From Magallana gigas (taxonomy: Eukaryota), in NCBI RefSeq assembly GCF_963853765.1, contig NC_088855.1, forward strand, positions 35,712,001-35,776,000: 64,000 nucleotides of DNA. Direction: 5' to 3'. This document shows, in pieces, positions 38,018 to 50,478 of this stretch (position 1 is the stretch's first letter; each line of letters starts with the position of its first letter). The notes beneath the pieces were generated by a model that was not told the DNA's origin, searched no databases, and saw only the letters and a list, made by a program, of their open reading frames with translations. The translations under genes were made by a program, and so were the position numbers.

Positions 38018-39281
38018 GTGAAATTCTGATCGTGTAGCCTATAAAACTCGGTCATAAACACATGTAAGATTTGACTCATTTCCTTATTTTGCAGCTTTAT
38101 TGTTTTCATTAGTTGATTAAACCTTCAACTTTGCACACTTTCAATCCGTAGTTTCTGCATTCGTATCTTCAGGCTAGGCAATAGCACATCTGACATGATA
38201 TAAATTGACAAGTCTTCAAGTTTGTCGAATTTGAAATTTAAAAAAAAAGCCAATTTTCGCCTGCATGATAGGCTTTTTTCCTATATTGCCGACAATGCAA
38301 CATGAAACATTTTTAAAAATAATTTATACACATTTTAATTTTCCGACAGTTAATCTTATCTTTTGAATTTTTATTTATTTATTTTAAAGGGGGTGTCGCT
38401 TCTTGTGTCTCATATTAATCAAAATCTCAAAACCAATGTCTTTAAATAGTTTGTTTTTCTTATCGATAACTTTGCAACTCTGCTATTAAATTGACCAGCT
38501 GGCCGACCCCGTGTAATTTTTCGCAGGGGTGGGTTGGTGGGTTCTTGTCCTATCTTTGTGGTAGCGATAAGATTTTCTTAATTCAGCCGAGCTTTGTTCT
38601 TTAAAAATTTGTTGTATGTACTCTGATAAAATGTGTGTATATCTATATACATGTATATTCAAACAAAGTCATTATACATGTATGTCATGTTTTTTTTTCC
38701 AGTTCTAAGAAGATACGGTATCTGAAGCCTATCAAATTCTTCACTCGCATGTTTTATTCCATCTCTTGATAAAATGTACACCAATCTCATAATCTATTTT
38801 TTCGAAAAATAGTACTCCCTAAGAAATGTTGTTATCCAGAGATCGTATGAATATAGGCCTACCTAATTTTTTTTTTATTTATTCCGTCCCTATTCCGGCG
38901 ATTACTGCATGCCTTTACCTGCAGCGAGCCTTTTTCTAACGGTGACGTCACTGTTTCCATAAATGGTCATGTCAAAATTATACTTGTAGACTTTACATTT
39001 GTAACATGTCAGCCGTGATATTTCAGAAAACGGAAATACCAATGCAGAGACTACGGATAGAAAGTGTGTATTATAGTGGCAGGTTACATGTAAATAACAA
39101 ACATCATTTTACAGCTGCAATTAAGCATCTGTAGGAAAAATTAGATTGAGGGACTGCGAGGTCAACTCTAAAGTGTTTATCACTGAGTTTTATCGATGAA
39201 AATTACACTCACACATACTCAGGCTCACACGCCAAGACGATCGCATATTCGGATTGTCTGGATTTTTGAACACGATTACCC

Positions 39282-40641
39282 CACAGGTGCTTGTGGACTG
39301 GACCGTGCACTACCCCCCCCCCCCTTTTTCTATATTTTTTTTTTCATTTTTTTTTTTATTTCTTTTATTAATTATCATTAACAACCCCTTATATATGTCT
39401 CCAGCCGAAAAATAAAAGAAATATCACGACTTGGTAGCATTTTATAATCAAACTCGTTTCCCCTATATATATAAAGAGAGAAGGTAAGCAACTCCCGTTT
39501 GTTTACATTGAGGTACCACCTGGGAAATTCAAACGATTACTATATCAAAAATCGCTATACCTTTGGTGTCATCTATTTTTCTCACTTCCACACATATCCT
39601 TCTATCTGAAAACTTATATAAATTAGCACGCTGAACCGTAATCTATCCAATTAATAAACATTTGTCACTCGCGACCACGATATTTTGAAACGCTACGGAA
39701 ATTAGCTGCACAGCGACATCTATGCTAAGAACGATAACTCTTCCCGTGTTCCGAATGTCATTGACTTAACGGTAACGCACGAGAGGCCCGAAAAAAAGTT
39801 CGGGAAAAGTTTTAGCGCAATATTTAAGAAAATGGATGTAGATCAATTGTTTACCTTTCAAGCAGTAATTAATGGCCATAACTTGGTCATCACTGGCCAA
39901 GCTGGGACAGGCAAAACATACATAACAAAAAAATTGCAAAACACATTAGGTATACTAAAAAAAAAAGAAGTATCAATAGTTTGCTCTACAGGCATTGCAG
40001 CAACACATTACCAGGATTTGAAAGCCCAGACACTTCATAGGTTGGCTGGCATAGAAGACGGCAGATATTCAAATGCTGAAATTTTGCATTTAATCTAAAA
40101 CTTTTCCCGAACTTTTTTTCGGGCCTCTCGTGCGTTACCGTTAAGTCAATGACATTCGGAACACGGGAAGAGTTATCGTTCTTAGCATAGATGTCGCTGT
40201 GCAGCTAACTTCCGTAGCTTCTACTTGGAACGTTTCAAAATATCGTGGTCGCGAGTGACAAATGTTTATTAATTGGATAGATTACGGTTCAGCGTGCTAA
40301 TTTATATAAGTTTTCAGATAGAAGGATATGTGTGGAAGTGAGAAAAATAGATGACACCAAAGGTATAGCGATTTTTGATATAGTAATCGTTTGAATTTCC
40401 CAGGTGGTACCTCAATGTAAACAAACGGGAGTTGCTTACCTTCTCTCTTTATATATATAGGGGAAACGAGTGTGATTATAAAATGCTACCAAGTCGTGAT
40501 ATTTCTTTTATTTTTCGGCTGGAGACATATATAAGGGGTTGTTAATGATAATTAATAAAAGAAATAAAAAAAAAATTTTGAAAAAAAAAATATAGAAAAG
40601 GGGGGGGGGGTAGTGCACGGTCCAGTCCACAAGCACCTGTG
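39282..40641. mobile_element. Fold-back DNA transposon: 534/547-bp TIRs starting CACAGGTGC, 8-bp TSD GATTACCC
   Basis: Left arm 39282-39815 is the reverse complement of right arm 40095-40641, apart from one 13-bp indel and a few substitutions. GATTACCC lies at both 39274-39281 and 40642-40649. Confidence 0.92.
39832..40098 (+). pseudogene. 5' fragment (88 aa) of a PIF1-family SF1B DNA helicase inside the fold-back element
   Basis: VITGQAGTGKT (Walker A), VCSTGIAA (motif Ia) and TLHRLAG (motif Ib) are in PIF1 order and spacing. The ORF is cut at the right TIR, which supplies the TAA. Confidence 0.8.
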
Positions 40642-41674
40642 GATTACCCTCCATATATGCTTGCGATTTAAGGTCGACAACTCGATCAGTAAATATTGAA
40701 TAACGTACTATATTCCTATTGTCAAACCATAGACAGAAATTTTTTTCTTTAAAAAAATTGCTTATTAAAAACTGATATATGAAAAGTTACAGGAAGAGAT
40801 AATTATCTTATTACAGCCTCTAATCATGCTATATGGATAAATATTTCAACCATGACATTTTCAAAAAATTTAAGGACTTTGTGTCCTGCGATCTAAAGTC
40901 TTAAAAATTTTTTCTAAAGTATTTTTTAAAAATCTACACAAATAGCTTTACCAAAATTCAAAACAAAATTCTGGGGTCTATACTGTCATTTGGCGCTACA
41001 GTGTGTTTAATATGACCTTTCTGCACTGAAAGTGCAGATTGCACATAAATCGCTTTGACCTCTATGATTTATTATCGGAATGAACCATGGCATTAAATAA
41101 AAATTAATACTATCTAAAAGTAATAAAATTAAAATTATCATAAAGAAAAATGTTACAATTCCTTCACCTTTTTGATATTTTGACCTTTTTGCACTGATAA
41201 AACGCTATTTTTATGCATTACCAATTCAGCATGTAATGAAATTATCTAAAAGTCTCAAAACTTGTCAGAAAAATCTTAAAATTTCAGAAAATAAAACAAA
41301 AAGTATGGGTCTATGATATAAAATTTGAGATATGACATGAAATACGCTAATTTTAGGCAAAAATTGTGATTCATTTTTCCTTGACTTTTATATATGCAGT
41401 ATAAGTTAAATTTGCCAATATGTGTCGATAGATCAATATTGAAAAATTGTAAAATTATGTTTTGTGTAACAAAATGAAGATATCCTAATGCACAAACTAT
41501 CTGGAAATTTTGTTTGCACGTAAAGTAAGGAAGCTAAAGTGACGGTACTCAAAAACAACTGAGTTATAAAAAATGTTCATTTAATTTCTTCTTAAAAACC
41601 ATCCGCCACAAAATATAGTCCCATACTAAACTCTGTAAATATGTCATTTTTCCTTTACTATTTTATTTAAGATT

Positions 41675-42840
41675 TAAGAAATGAAGATAATAATTTTTCT
41701 ATTGATCGACGTATCAAAGAAAAAATTGACCGGAAAACTTCATCAATGCGCGTAGCGCATTGATGAAAAAGTTTTCCGGTCAATTTTTTCTTTGATACGT
41801 CGATCAATAGAAAAATTATTATCTTCATTTCTTATCATTTAATAAAACATTTTCAAATAAAAAAATGTGAAGTGTCATTGATCAAAAATGTAAATAATGT
41901 AAATGAAGCGGCGCGTATGAATACAAAACAACATCAGCAACAATATTCAAAATGGATGCGCCTTCAGCTGATGCAGAGCTATTGAGATGAATTTGATGGA
42001 TTAAATACAAATAGTGAGTTAAAATCTGAACCGGCTGAATTGAAAACGAAAGGAAAATACATACGATAGCTTGTGATATTATTCACTGTGCAGAAAAACT
42101 CGTAATAAAACTAGTTTTCATGCGAGATCGCTGGAATATGCAACTGGACATAACCATCCAAGGAAAGGCGATCGTGGACGAAAATAGCTGATATGTCGAC
42201 AAAGAATAGTATGTATAAGCGACTTTTGTAAACGTTGTGGTAACTAGATAGCCAGTGATGTACTTAAATGGTATATCTGCCGCTTGGAATGCGCCGAAGG
42301 AGTTGATGCATTACTCATTGCTTTTCTTTACGACGCTTATTCTGATGACCGATCATGTACGTGTGTAAATTTAAAAATTATCGTTACCAAATTTGAACAG
42401 CAGTGTTATCGGGAAAGTTTAGAAGGCCTATATGTTCGTTATAATATTCCTGGAAAAGGAACAGCCAGCCTCGCTGTAAATGTTGATCGATCTCAAGCAG
42501 ACGAAATCGTGAGAAGACGCTTAATTTTCCATTTCGTGAATCAAATAATGTGTTTTGTTTATTTTTGATGTTTAAACTGTCAAAGTTTTATATTCACAAG
42601 GTTGCATTTTGTTTGCTGACAATAAAACAGAAACAACTTTACATTTTGTTGACAGTGACTGTGTTTATCTGGGAAATTCCCGTTCTATAAATAGTGTTAG
42701 ATCAGAACAGTTGAGAAAAGTAGATCCGGCGAAAATTTTATTGATGCAGGTATCAAAGAAATTTTTCGACCAATCAGAAGCGCCGATATCTCATCAAACG
42801 AATAAATATTAAATGATAGTTTAATTGGCATTATAAAATT
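41675..42840 (+). mobile_element. Hairpin-bearing element with decayed coding remnants (tentatively Crypton-like)
   Basis: Near-perfect 160-bp palindrome at 41675-41834 (loop GTA). Broken ORFs at ~41955, 42284-42568 and 42609-42812. Terminal GACCAATCAGAAGCG at ~42769. The superfamily call is weak. Confidence 0.5.
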
Positions 42841-43610
42841 TGAATTCATTAGTAGAATCAATACATGTATATGATGCATAATTTCTAGAATAGAGGTGAT
42901 CCAAAATGGCTTAAGCTTAGAATAAAATTTTATAATGTTATGAAGGGTACAAGATGGCATTACGTCTTACACATGCTTACACCCCCTTGAAAAATTTACT
43001 CTATGGATTTGGTGGATGTGGGGGGGGGGGGGTAGTTGTCCGGAATTAGCATGAAGTCTTCATCGTATACACCGTTCCTAACTTCCGGTGTTACGCAACA
43101 TAAATGTCCTGTCTGACAGTCGAATCCCCTGGCTATCCTGACGTGTCATTTGCCACCCATACGTACATGTAAGTAAACGAAGATTTTATCGTATTTGTGC
43201 TTGTAAATTTAATTTCAAAAATGAAATATATTGAACTTTTAAACATTTTAAAGACTCGGGGAGAGACCTTTATTTTGCAACTATCGGTTTTATTAACGTG
43301 TTCTATATCCAGCTGTTGAAGGTTGTGTCATCATGGTAAATTAGATGTATGTACACAGAATTCGAAGGCTATGCTTGTCCACTGCTTTTTAAAATAAAAA
43401 CCATTTAGAAATATCCGTAAAATTAAGAAGGGGAAAGGGCTAGAATTTGGACCTATATTGGCTGAAGAAAAGTTACTGGTATGCGTACATGTGCATCTGT
43501 TTCAGTGCATTATAAAACATGGATGTATGCCATCAAATTGTGTATGTGAACTCCCATTGTGAGATAACATGTATTTTATTTTTTTCCAGTAAAGAGCCAG
43601 CACTTTGGAA

Positions 43611-44414
43611 ATGGAAAAGCAAAATGAAAACATGCATGAAACTCAGGATGAAATATCCTCTGAAAATCCTTCCACTTCTAAACTGTTTTGTTGTGATGTT
43701 TGTGGGAAAGACTTTATTCTCAAGTCTTACTTGCAGGTTCACATGAAAATGCACAAAGAGGAACGACCATATAAGTGTGAGGTATGCCACAAAGCCTTCA
43801 AACAAATGGCTGCTCTTGCACGACACAACCGTATTCATACCGGTGAAATGTTGTATAAATGTGACTACTGCCAAAAGGAGTTTAATGATCAATCAAGTAT
43901 TCAAAGACACATCAGAACACATACAGGGGAAAGACCATTTGTTTGTGAGATATGTGGGAAAGCATTTGTGGAAAATCAGCATCTACGTCGACATGTGCTG
44001 CGAATGCACACAGAAGAGCGTCCATATGTCTGTGAGACTTGTGGGTCTCGGTTTGCAGAGAAGGGGACTCTGAAATGTCATTTGTTAGTACATACTAATG
44101 AAAAACCTCATGCCTGCGATGAATGTGATAAAGCTTTTAGGTCCTCTAGTCATTTAAAAAGACACAAGATGTGGGCTCATAAGGGAGTGAAGAGAATTCG
44201 TAATCGTTTCAACTTAACCTACACTTGTGATGTGTGCTCAAAAGACTTTCATGACAAAAATGATTTTACAAGGCACAAAAGAACACACACTAAAGAGAAG
44301 CCTTATCAATGTCCTGTTTGTCAAAAGTGGTTTAGTGTTCAGTCTAATAGAAACAAGCATGTGCGTCAGGTGCATGCAGAGAGTTCCACAACATCTACAG
44401 ATGATCAGTCCTAA
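43611..44414 (+). CDS. C2H2 zinc-finger protein with 8 fingers
   Basis: Eight CxxC..HxxxH/HxxxxH fingers with Kruppel-type linkers (TGERPF, TEERPY, TNEKPH, TKEKPY). The first ATG after the acceptor at 43588-43589 is 43611. A probable upstream exon ends at 43168 (GTAAGT). Confidence 0.9.
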   Translation: MEKQNENMHETQDEISSENPSTSKLFCCDVCGKDFILKSYLQVHMKMHKEERPYKCEVCHKAFKQMAALARHNRIHTGEMLYKCDYCQKEFNDQSSIQRHIRTHTGERPFVCEICGKAFVENQHLRRHVLRMHTEERPYVCETCGSRFAEKGTLKCHLLVHTNEKPHACDECDKAFRSSSHLKRHKMWAHKGVKRIRNRFNLTYTCDVCSKDFHDKNDFTRHKRTHTKEKPYQCPVCQKWFSVQSNRNKHVRQVHAESSTTSTDDQS

Positions 44415-45455
44415 CTAGTTACTATTTTTGGGGGGCCTTTTACCATGTTCACATGCAAAATTGATATTTTTGGTAGAATGTCAGAATAAAGCTCCGTTAC
44501 TCTTTGAGAATTAGATGCACGTAAATTTTTGTGTGAAAGATATTTATGAAATCTGAATGAAATTAGGCTCCATAGCTTCTAATGATTCCACACTTAAAGT
44601 ATTTGTCCAAAGTCTTGCCCAATTTTTTCATTGTTAAAACTTTTCTGAAGAAGCTGCTGTGTAATTACAATTAATAGTGGCATGTATGATATTAAACATT
44701 TGGATTGACATTGTTGACCTTACAGAGAAAAAAATTAATGGATTAACTGAATCAACAGGGATATCTCAACTGAGTGTGTTTACACATTACTGATATAGTA
44801 TGTTTGTACGTGTATTTATGCATTGATAATCTTTGTGCGTGTATTTATGCATTGATAATCTTTGTGCACTTATGTGGATGCAGCAATCAAATAAACTGTT
44901 CTATGATGATATATTTTGCTCAGATTCAAAATCTACTTTGTTATTTATCTGTATTACTTATATGTATTTACATTGTATAACAATATTTTACACTTTTCCA
45001 ATGATTTACTGTAGTATTAGTTCTGTTAAATAAAGAGAAATATTATATACAGTTATATTTTGTTACATGTACTTTTTCAATGTAAATGACCTGATAGCAT
45101 TATCATGCTTAACTTTTGACTATTGCATGCATAAATGCACGAAACAGTTGAGTGTCAGGTATATCTGAAAACTATAGCTAATTTTTTATTGCATCCCTTA
45201 CATACTGTAAACAGCTGTAATTGAAAGTGCCCAAATTTCACAATTTGCTGTGTTGCATGATACTATAAAATATTCTTGATTTTAACAAATACATTTATTT
45301 TTATTTTTACTAAAGTAGTAAAAGCAAAATTATTTTTGCAGAGGAATCAGGGAGCAGACAGAAATTCACTCAGACCTATGGATTTATAAGATACAGACGG
45401 TAATTCATGCAGACATTTAAAAAGAACAATCAACAAATGATCAAACTAAGGGTTT

Positions 45456-45532
45456 GACCACCAGCTAGGGCAGTGGGTAGAGCTGACTAGAGATTCAGAT
45501 GAAAGATTGGGTTCGAATCCAAGTGTGGTCCA
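45456..45532 (+). mobile_element. tRNA-derived SINE head (degenerate)
   Basis: A-box-like TAGGGCAGTGG, B-box GGTTCGAATCC and a GACCAC/GTGGTC acceptor-like stem. The T-stem and anticodon stem are broken. Confidence 0.55.
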
Positions 45533-45673
45533 ACATTATTTCTCCTATTATGTTTCAAGCTAGGAATAGATTATGAAGAACCAAACAAAAATGATGTTTC
45601 AGTTTCTAGGATACAAGTATATAATCAAAGTACTGAAGTACTGTCGGGAGTTGATTTTATGAATTGAAGACGT

Positions 45674-48146
45674 GTAGGCCCCAACATGTTTAGGCCCCAA
45701 GACGGTTAGGCCCCAGGTAAGATGTTTAGGCCCCAAGATGTTTAGGCACCGGTTGTTTATAATAATAACTGATAGTTGAAAGAACATGGCTTTTAAGCAC
45801 TTTGGAGCCAATAAATGCAATTTACTTTAATTTGTAGTAAACTAACAATCGTTACGCAAACATGGCGTTGTTTACTTTATATACAAGTTCTTGAAAAACT
45901 TTAATCATGAAAAACATTATGCTATAAACTTGCATGCACATGCTATCAATGATAGTATCATCCAGCATGGTAATGTGTCCGTGCTTTAATTCAGTTAATA
46001 CCGTGATCAAATCATACTATCATCACAAAGAAACGAACAAATGTTATATAAGGGGAAGTATTTCATTATTGATATTTCAAGAAAAGAAAACAAATTATTG
46101 TATTTTTTTCGATTATTGGAATTATACAACACTTGAATGTTATAAAATTGTTCAGTAAGCTTATTTATGGCAACTGATTTATACATAATATTTTTAATAA
46201 CCCTTATATATCCCAAAAGAATTCACCTACTTATTACCCAAATACAAGTTCAATTCAATTCTTTATTCGCTCAAGACCAGTTCACTGGTATTTGAGGTTC
46301 AAAAATGTACACGAACACAGTCAAGGATCACATGTACAGTAGGAGTAATAATGACAAAAAAGGGTTAAAATCACAATACAATAGGTTGTTAAAGTTGGTT
46401 TCTGGAAGAACAGACTTCGAAAATTTTCTTAATAAATACTGACAAGTTTTTCTACATGTACATTAAAAGTATTCATAAGTGAAATATTATTTCTGTGATC
46501 ATATTTGTACAATTAAAGGATATCTCCCCAAATTATGTAATTTTTCTGCCAATGAAGCTTAACTTGTATTTGGCCTGTCTTCTTTTGGAGACCCGTCTCC
46601 TCATGGTTTACTTCCAAAGTGAGGTGTGAAACCCTCATTGTATTACTAGAGGATCTCTTCATTATATTCTCCTAATTAGCACCTATCTAGAGAGGGAGCA
46701 GGATACGGTGGGGGTGTTGTTTTAACAATTTCATTCATGTCATACACAAAGTATTCATTCTTTATTTTCTTTAAGCTTTGCAGCTCATCAGATTTTACAA
46801 ATTTAACATATTAAAGTACAGAAGTGGGTATTTTACAGGAGACCCTATTACACTGTACATACATAAATATGAAAAATTGACATAAGTAAAGACGAAAAGA
46901 ATAAAAAAGAACAACATCTAACCTTAATTACAGATATCGTTTCTTAATTTCAAACTATAATAAATGTATTTGCCGAGGTTACACATATTTTAAAATTTTC
47001 GTTATTAAACAATTGCAACAGCTTGAACATTGATGGTTTCTAATAAAAATACTTTTTAATGTATTTTTGACGGTATTCAATATATACTGGACACACTAAA
47101 ATAAAACGGAATTCATCTTCAACATAATTTTTACATGAAAAGCAGTAAATGAAAGTATTTACCGTTTCTTTGATTTCTAATTAGAAAATTAATTATAGAA
47201 AATAATATGATGTGACAAAATAATATGATATTTAAAAAATAATAAATGATGCATAAGATGCAGATTATACTTCTGTATAATTTTTAAAGTAAATGAAGTT
47301 TTAAATGATAAAATGTAAATTATAATTAACTTATACAAATGTATGCTGGTGCCTAAACCATTATTCATTTAAAAAATAAAATGAAAATTATAATCAACTT
47401 AGGTGGCAGGGGATAGTTTCGAAGGAAAGACCCGTCAAAATTTTGAAATAAAGGGAGAACCTGGGGTTTGGCTGGTTATTTGAGGGGTATAAATTGCTAG
47501 AATATTTATTGCATTCATTTTGTGGATAGAGGAGCTCATGTCAATTTCATTGATATATGACACTTTAATACTGGTAGCACTTTTCATCAGATATGGAATA
47601 AAAATGCGAAACTGAGGCCAAAATTTTCACTTTCGGTTTTGTGCTTGAAAAGTAGGGTGGGTTCAGAACACGAAATGTCACTCGAAAAGAAGGTGATTGA
47701 CCCCCCATCAATTGGTGATTATTTGCATGGGTATACATTAAGCTACAAATCCTATGATAGTTTATGGCAGTTGCTCGGGACTGGAGCGTGGTTCTGGACC
47801 CGTGAAAATGTGAATAAAGGGCAATTTTTCAGAAAATTTTGAGACCATCCCTGGCTGTTCTTTATAGTGCTATATGTAAGTTGTACTTGTTTTATTCTGA
47901 AATGTTTAAAAATTCTCAAGAGTCGGGACCATGTGTCCCCTGTATGCAAACCAATTTTAGCAAATTTAAAAATCCACTGAAAAATTAAATCATATATGAG
48001 CACTATCTGCCTCACATTTCCTTGACCAAAAAAACTATCCCCTGCCACCTTAGAAAAATGTAGGCTGGTGCCTAAACATCTTGGGTCCTAAACATGTTGG
48101 GGCCTAAGCGTCTTATCAATGAAGGGCCTAAACATCTTGGGGCTAC
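45674..48146. mobile_element. Non-autonomous TIR-like element with tandem ATGTTTAGGCCCCAA subterminal repeats
   Basis: Repeat cluster 45674-45750 is inverted relative to cluster 48068-48146. No TSD established. Confidence 0.6.
47402..48049. mobile_element. MITE with 18-bp TIRs and TTA TSD (PIF/Harbinger-Tourist type), nested in the previous element
   Basis: TTA|GGTGGCAGGGGATAGTTT ... AAACTATCCCCTGCCACC|TTA. Confidence 0.75.
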
Positions 48147-48398
48147 CGATTTTATCAATTATCATTTATTTTAAAATCAACTTATCTTGCATGGCAATTA
48201 GTTTCTATAGTCTGTATTTGAATTACGCACTTTTTTTAAATATGAATTTTTAGACTTTTCCGACAGGAATTTCGAGAAGTCCCCATATGAATCATGTTGT
48301 GTAATATTTAAAGATAGATTTCAAACTATGTATTAATATAAGTAATCGAAACAATTCTAAAAATTATATGGATCCAAGCACTATTGATATCGAAATCG

Positions 48399-48473
48399 AG
48401 TCTCGATCAACCAGACGCTCGGCTGTCTCCCACAGATTTACGGAGATAGCCGAGCGTTTGGTTGAACGAGACT
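48399..48473. repeat. 75-bp hairpin mini-element
   Basis: AGTCTCGATCAACCAGACGCTCGGCTGTCTCC pairs with GGAGATAGCCGAGCGTTTGGTTGAACGAGACT. Confidence 0.8.
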
Positions 48474-49292
48474 ATATTAAACTCTGGCGTAGGAATTAAC
48501 ACACGAGACTACAAAAATGTCTAAATTGTTCGTATTATATAAAATCTGGCTATTTTCAAAGTGTTTATAGATAAGTTTCCTTGAAAAACAATGCTTCAGC
48601 ATAGATTACATCGAATTTTTCTATTATTTTCAAGAACTAAGTATTGTCAGCGGTGATGATTTGTGCTTAGGTCGAAACACTGTTTCACTTTCGGTTTGCC
48701 AGAGTAACTGCATAGGAGAGTTGATTAAAATCAACTCCCAAAAACCATATATATCTATAGAATGCATGTGCAGATCTACAGGAGGGGGGGGGGGGGGTCC
48801 ATGCTATCCCCTCTCAAAAATTCAATTATATTCACACAGCAAAATAGTACTTGTGACTCCCCCTTTCCCCTCCCGATCAAATATATATTTTTTATTCAGA
48901 TGTAACAAAATTTTAGTTACATTTAAGCTTTATGCAATTAATTGCTGTTTCCTACTTTTTTCGAAAAGCTGAAACGCCTAGATAAGAATATGTTGAAGTA
49001 CGACTTAGTTTACTTTCATAAAACATTCTGATGACAACGATTTATTTGTTTACTGCATGCCAAGGGAGAAAAAATTGATCATTTCTAATTAACTTATTTC
49101 GAAGTGTATCGGCAATTATATGCAGACTAAGGCGACTTCTTTTGGATATATTTATGATTTTAAAGGGTATTTACTAAACTGATTCTCGGAATGTAATGCT
49201 AACATGATGGTTTGACATATTTTGCTTTAACTTGAATTGTCTCTATGGTCAGTGTTACATGCTTTTATTTTCAGAAAACTAATCTAAGTAAG

Positions 49293-50423
49293 ATGTCAGG
49301 TTCCCTGTCTGTTGTATCATTTGAAGGAGAATTAAATGCCATCGTCCAAGAGGTAATAATTACTCAGTAAATTAATTGATCAATTGTTGAAAGATAACGT
49401 CTAAATAAGCAAATGAGAATGTACATGTACCTTGAATAAATGTAAAATGATATTTGTATCCCTTGTGATATTAATGTCACATCGAATTTCATTTATAGGG
49501 TATCATATTTTATCAATTACTGTATGTGTATGACGTATATGTTTCGAATTTTTAACAAATCCAGTTTAATTTACATAATTAATTAATAAATGAATAAAAC
49601 AAGTACCATGTCACTGCTTTAAGGGACATATACTATAAAGAATAATATTAATTTATATGATTCTGATGGTTTAAAGGATATTGTTAACTGATTTCTATAT
49701 TTATTTTCTTTATTATTTTCTTTCTTTTTGCAGTACCTGGAATTCAATGGCTTTGATAAATGTTGCTCAGTTTTCTTGAAAGAATGCGACCAAAAGAGCA
49801 AGCCTGTAGCCACTCACAGTATCAAATCTAAATCTAATCAAAAACTGGTGGCCATACAGGTAATGTGCTTTTCTTAAAATTCTGAAGAATAATATGTTTT
49901 ACGGTGCTACCGTTCTGGCGAGCGCAGCAAGAATTACACATACCTTGCATCATTGTCAACTTAATGTTTTATTTAGGTATCAACGAACGTCAAAGAATTT
50001 TTGAAAGAGTATTGCTCTACAATAAGTATGCCAAAGGTACTAATTTCATAGGCGTCGGAACCGGGGCGGGGGGGGGCCTAGGGGGGCTTAGCCCCCCCCC
50101 CCCCCCCACTTTTTTTGCCAAATTAGACCTAACCATTAGGCACATAGCATCATAGGGGGTTGCGCCCCCCCCCCCCCCTTCCACTTTTTCTCGCAGGAAA
50201 TATAATTATTCCTAAAAAGGTTGAAATATGGAGAAGTTGGAGTCATAGGCATACTAGCCCCCCCGGATTAGGATTTTCATGATTTTTGGAATTAGGTTTT
50301 TTTTCAATATTTCTGAGGATTAGTCAGCCCCCCCCCCCCCCCCCCCCCCCCACCACTTTCAATTTGCTTCCGACGCCAGTGAATTATAATGGTTATGATA
50401 CATATACAGCGCAACCCCCTACC

Positions 50424-50478
<55 letters not shown>

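Noticed and set aside
36708-38109. Many overlapping R/S/A/F-rich ORFs in the ORF track
   Set aside because: They are by-products of the stop-poor GCGAA repeat arms and show no domain-like sequence.
45456-45532. Possible functional tRNA gene
   Set aside because: The T-stem lacks a base and the anticodon stem does not pair, so it is treated as a SINE head.
45674-45750. Short regularly spaced repeats resembling a CRISPR array
   Set aside because: Eukaryotic context, no unique spacers, no cas genes, and the cluster is mirrored at 48068-48146 as subterminal repeats.
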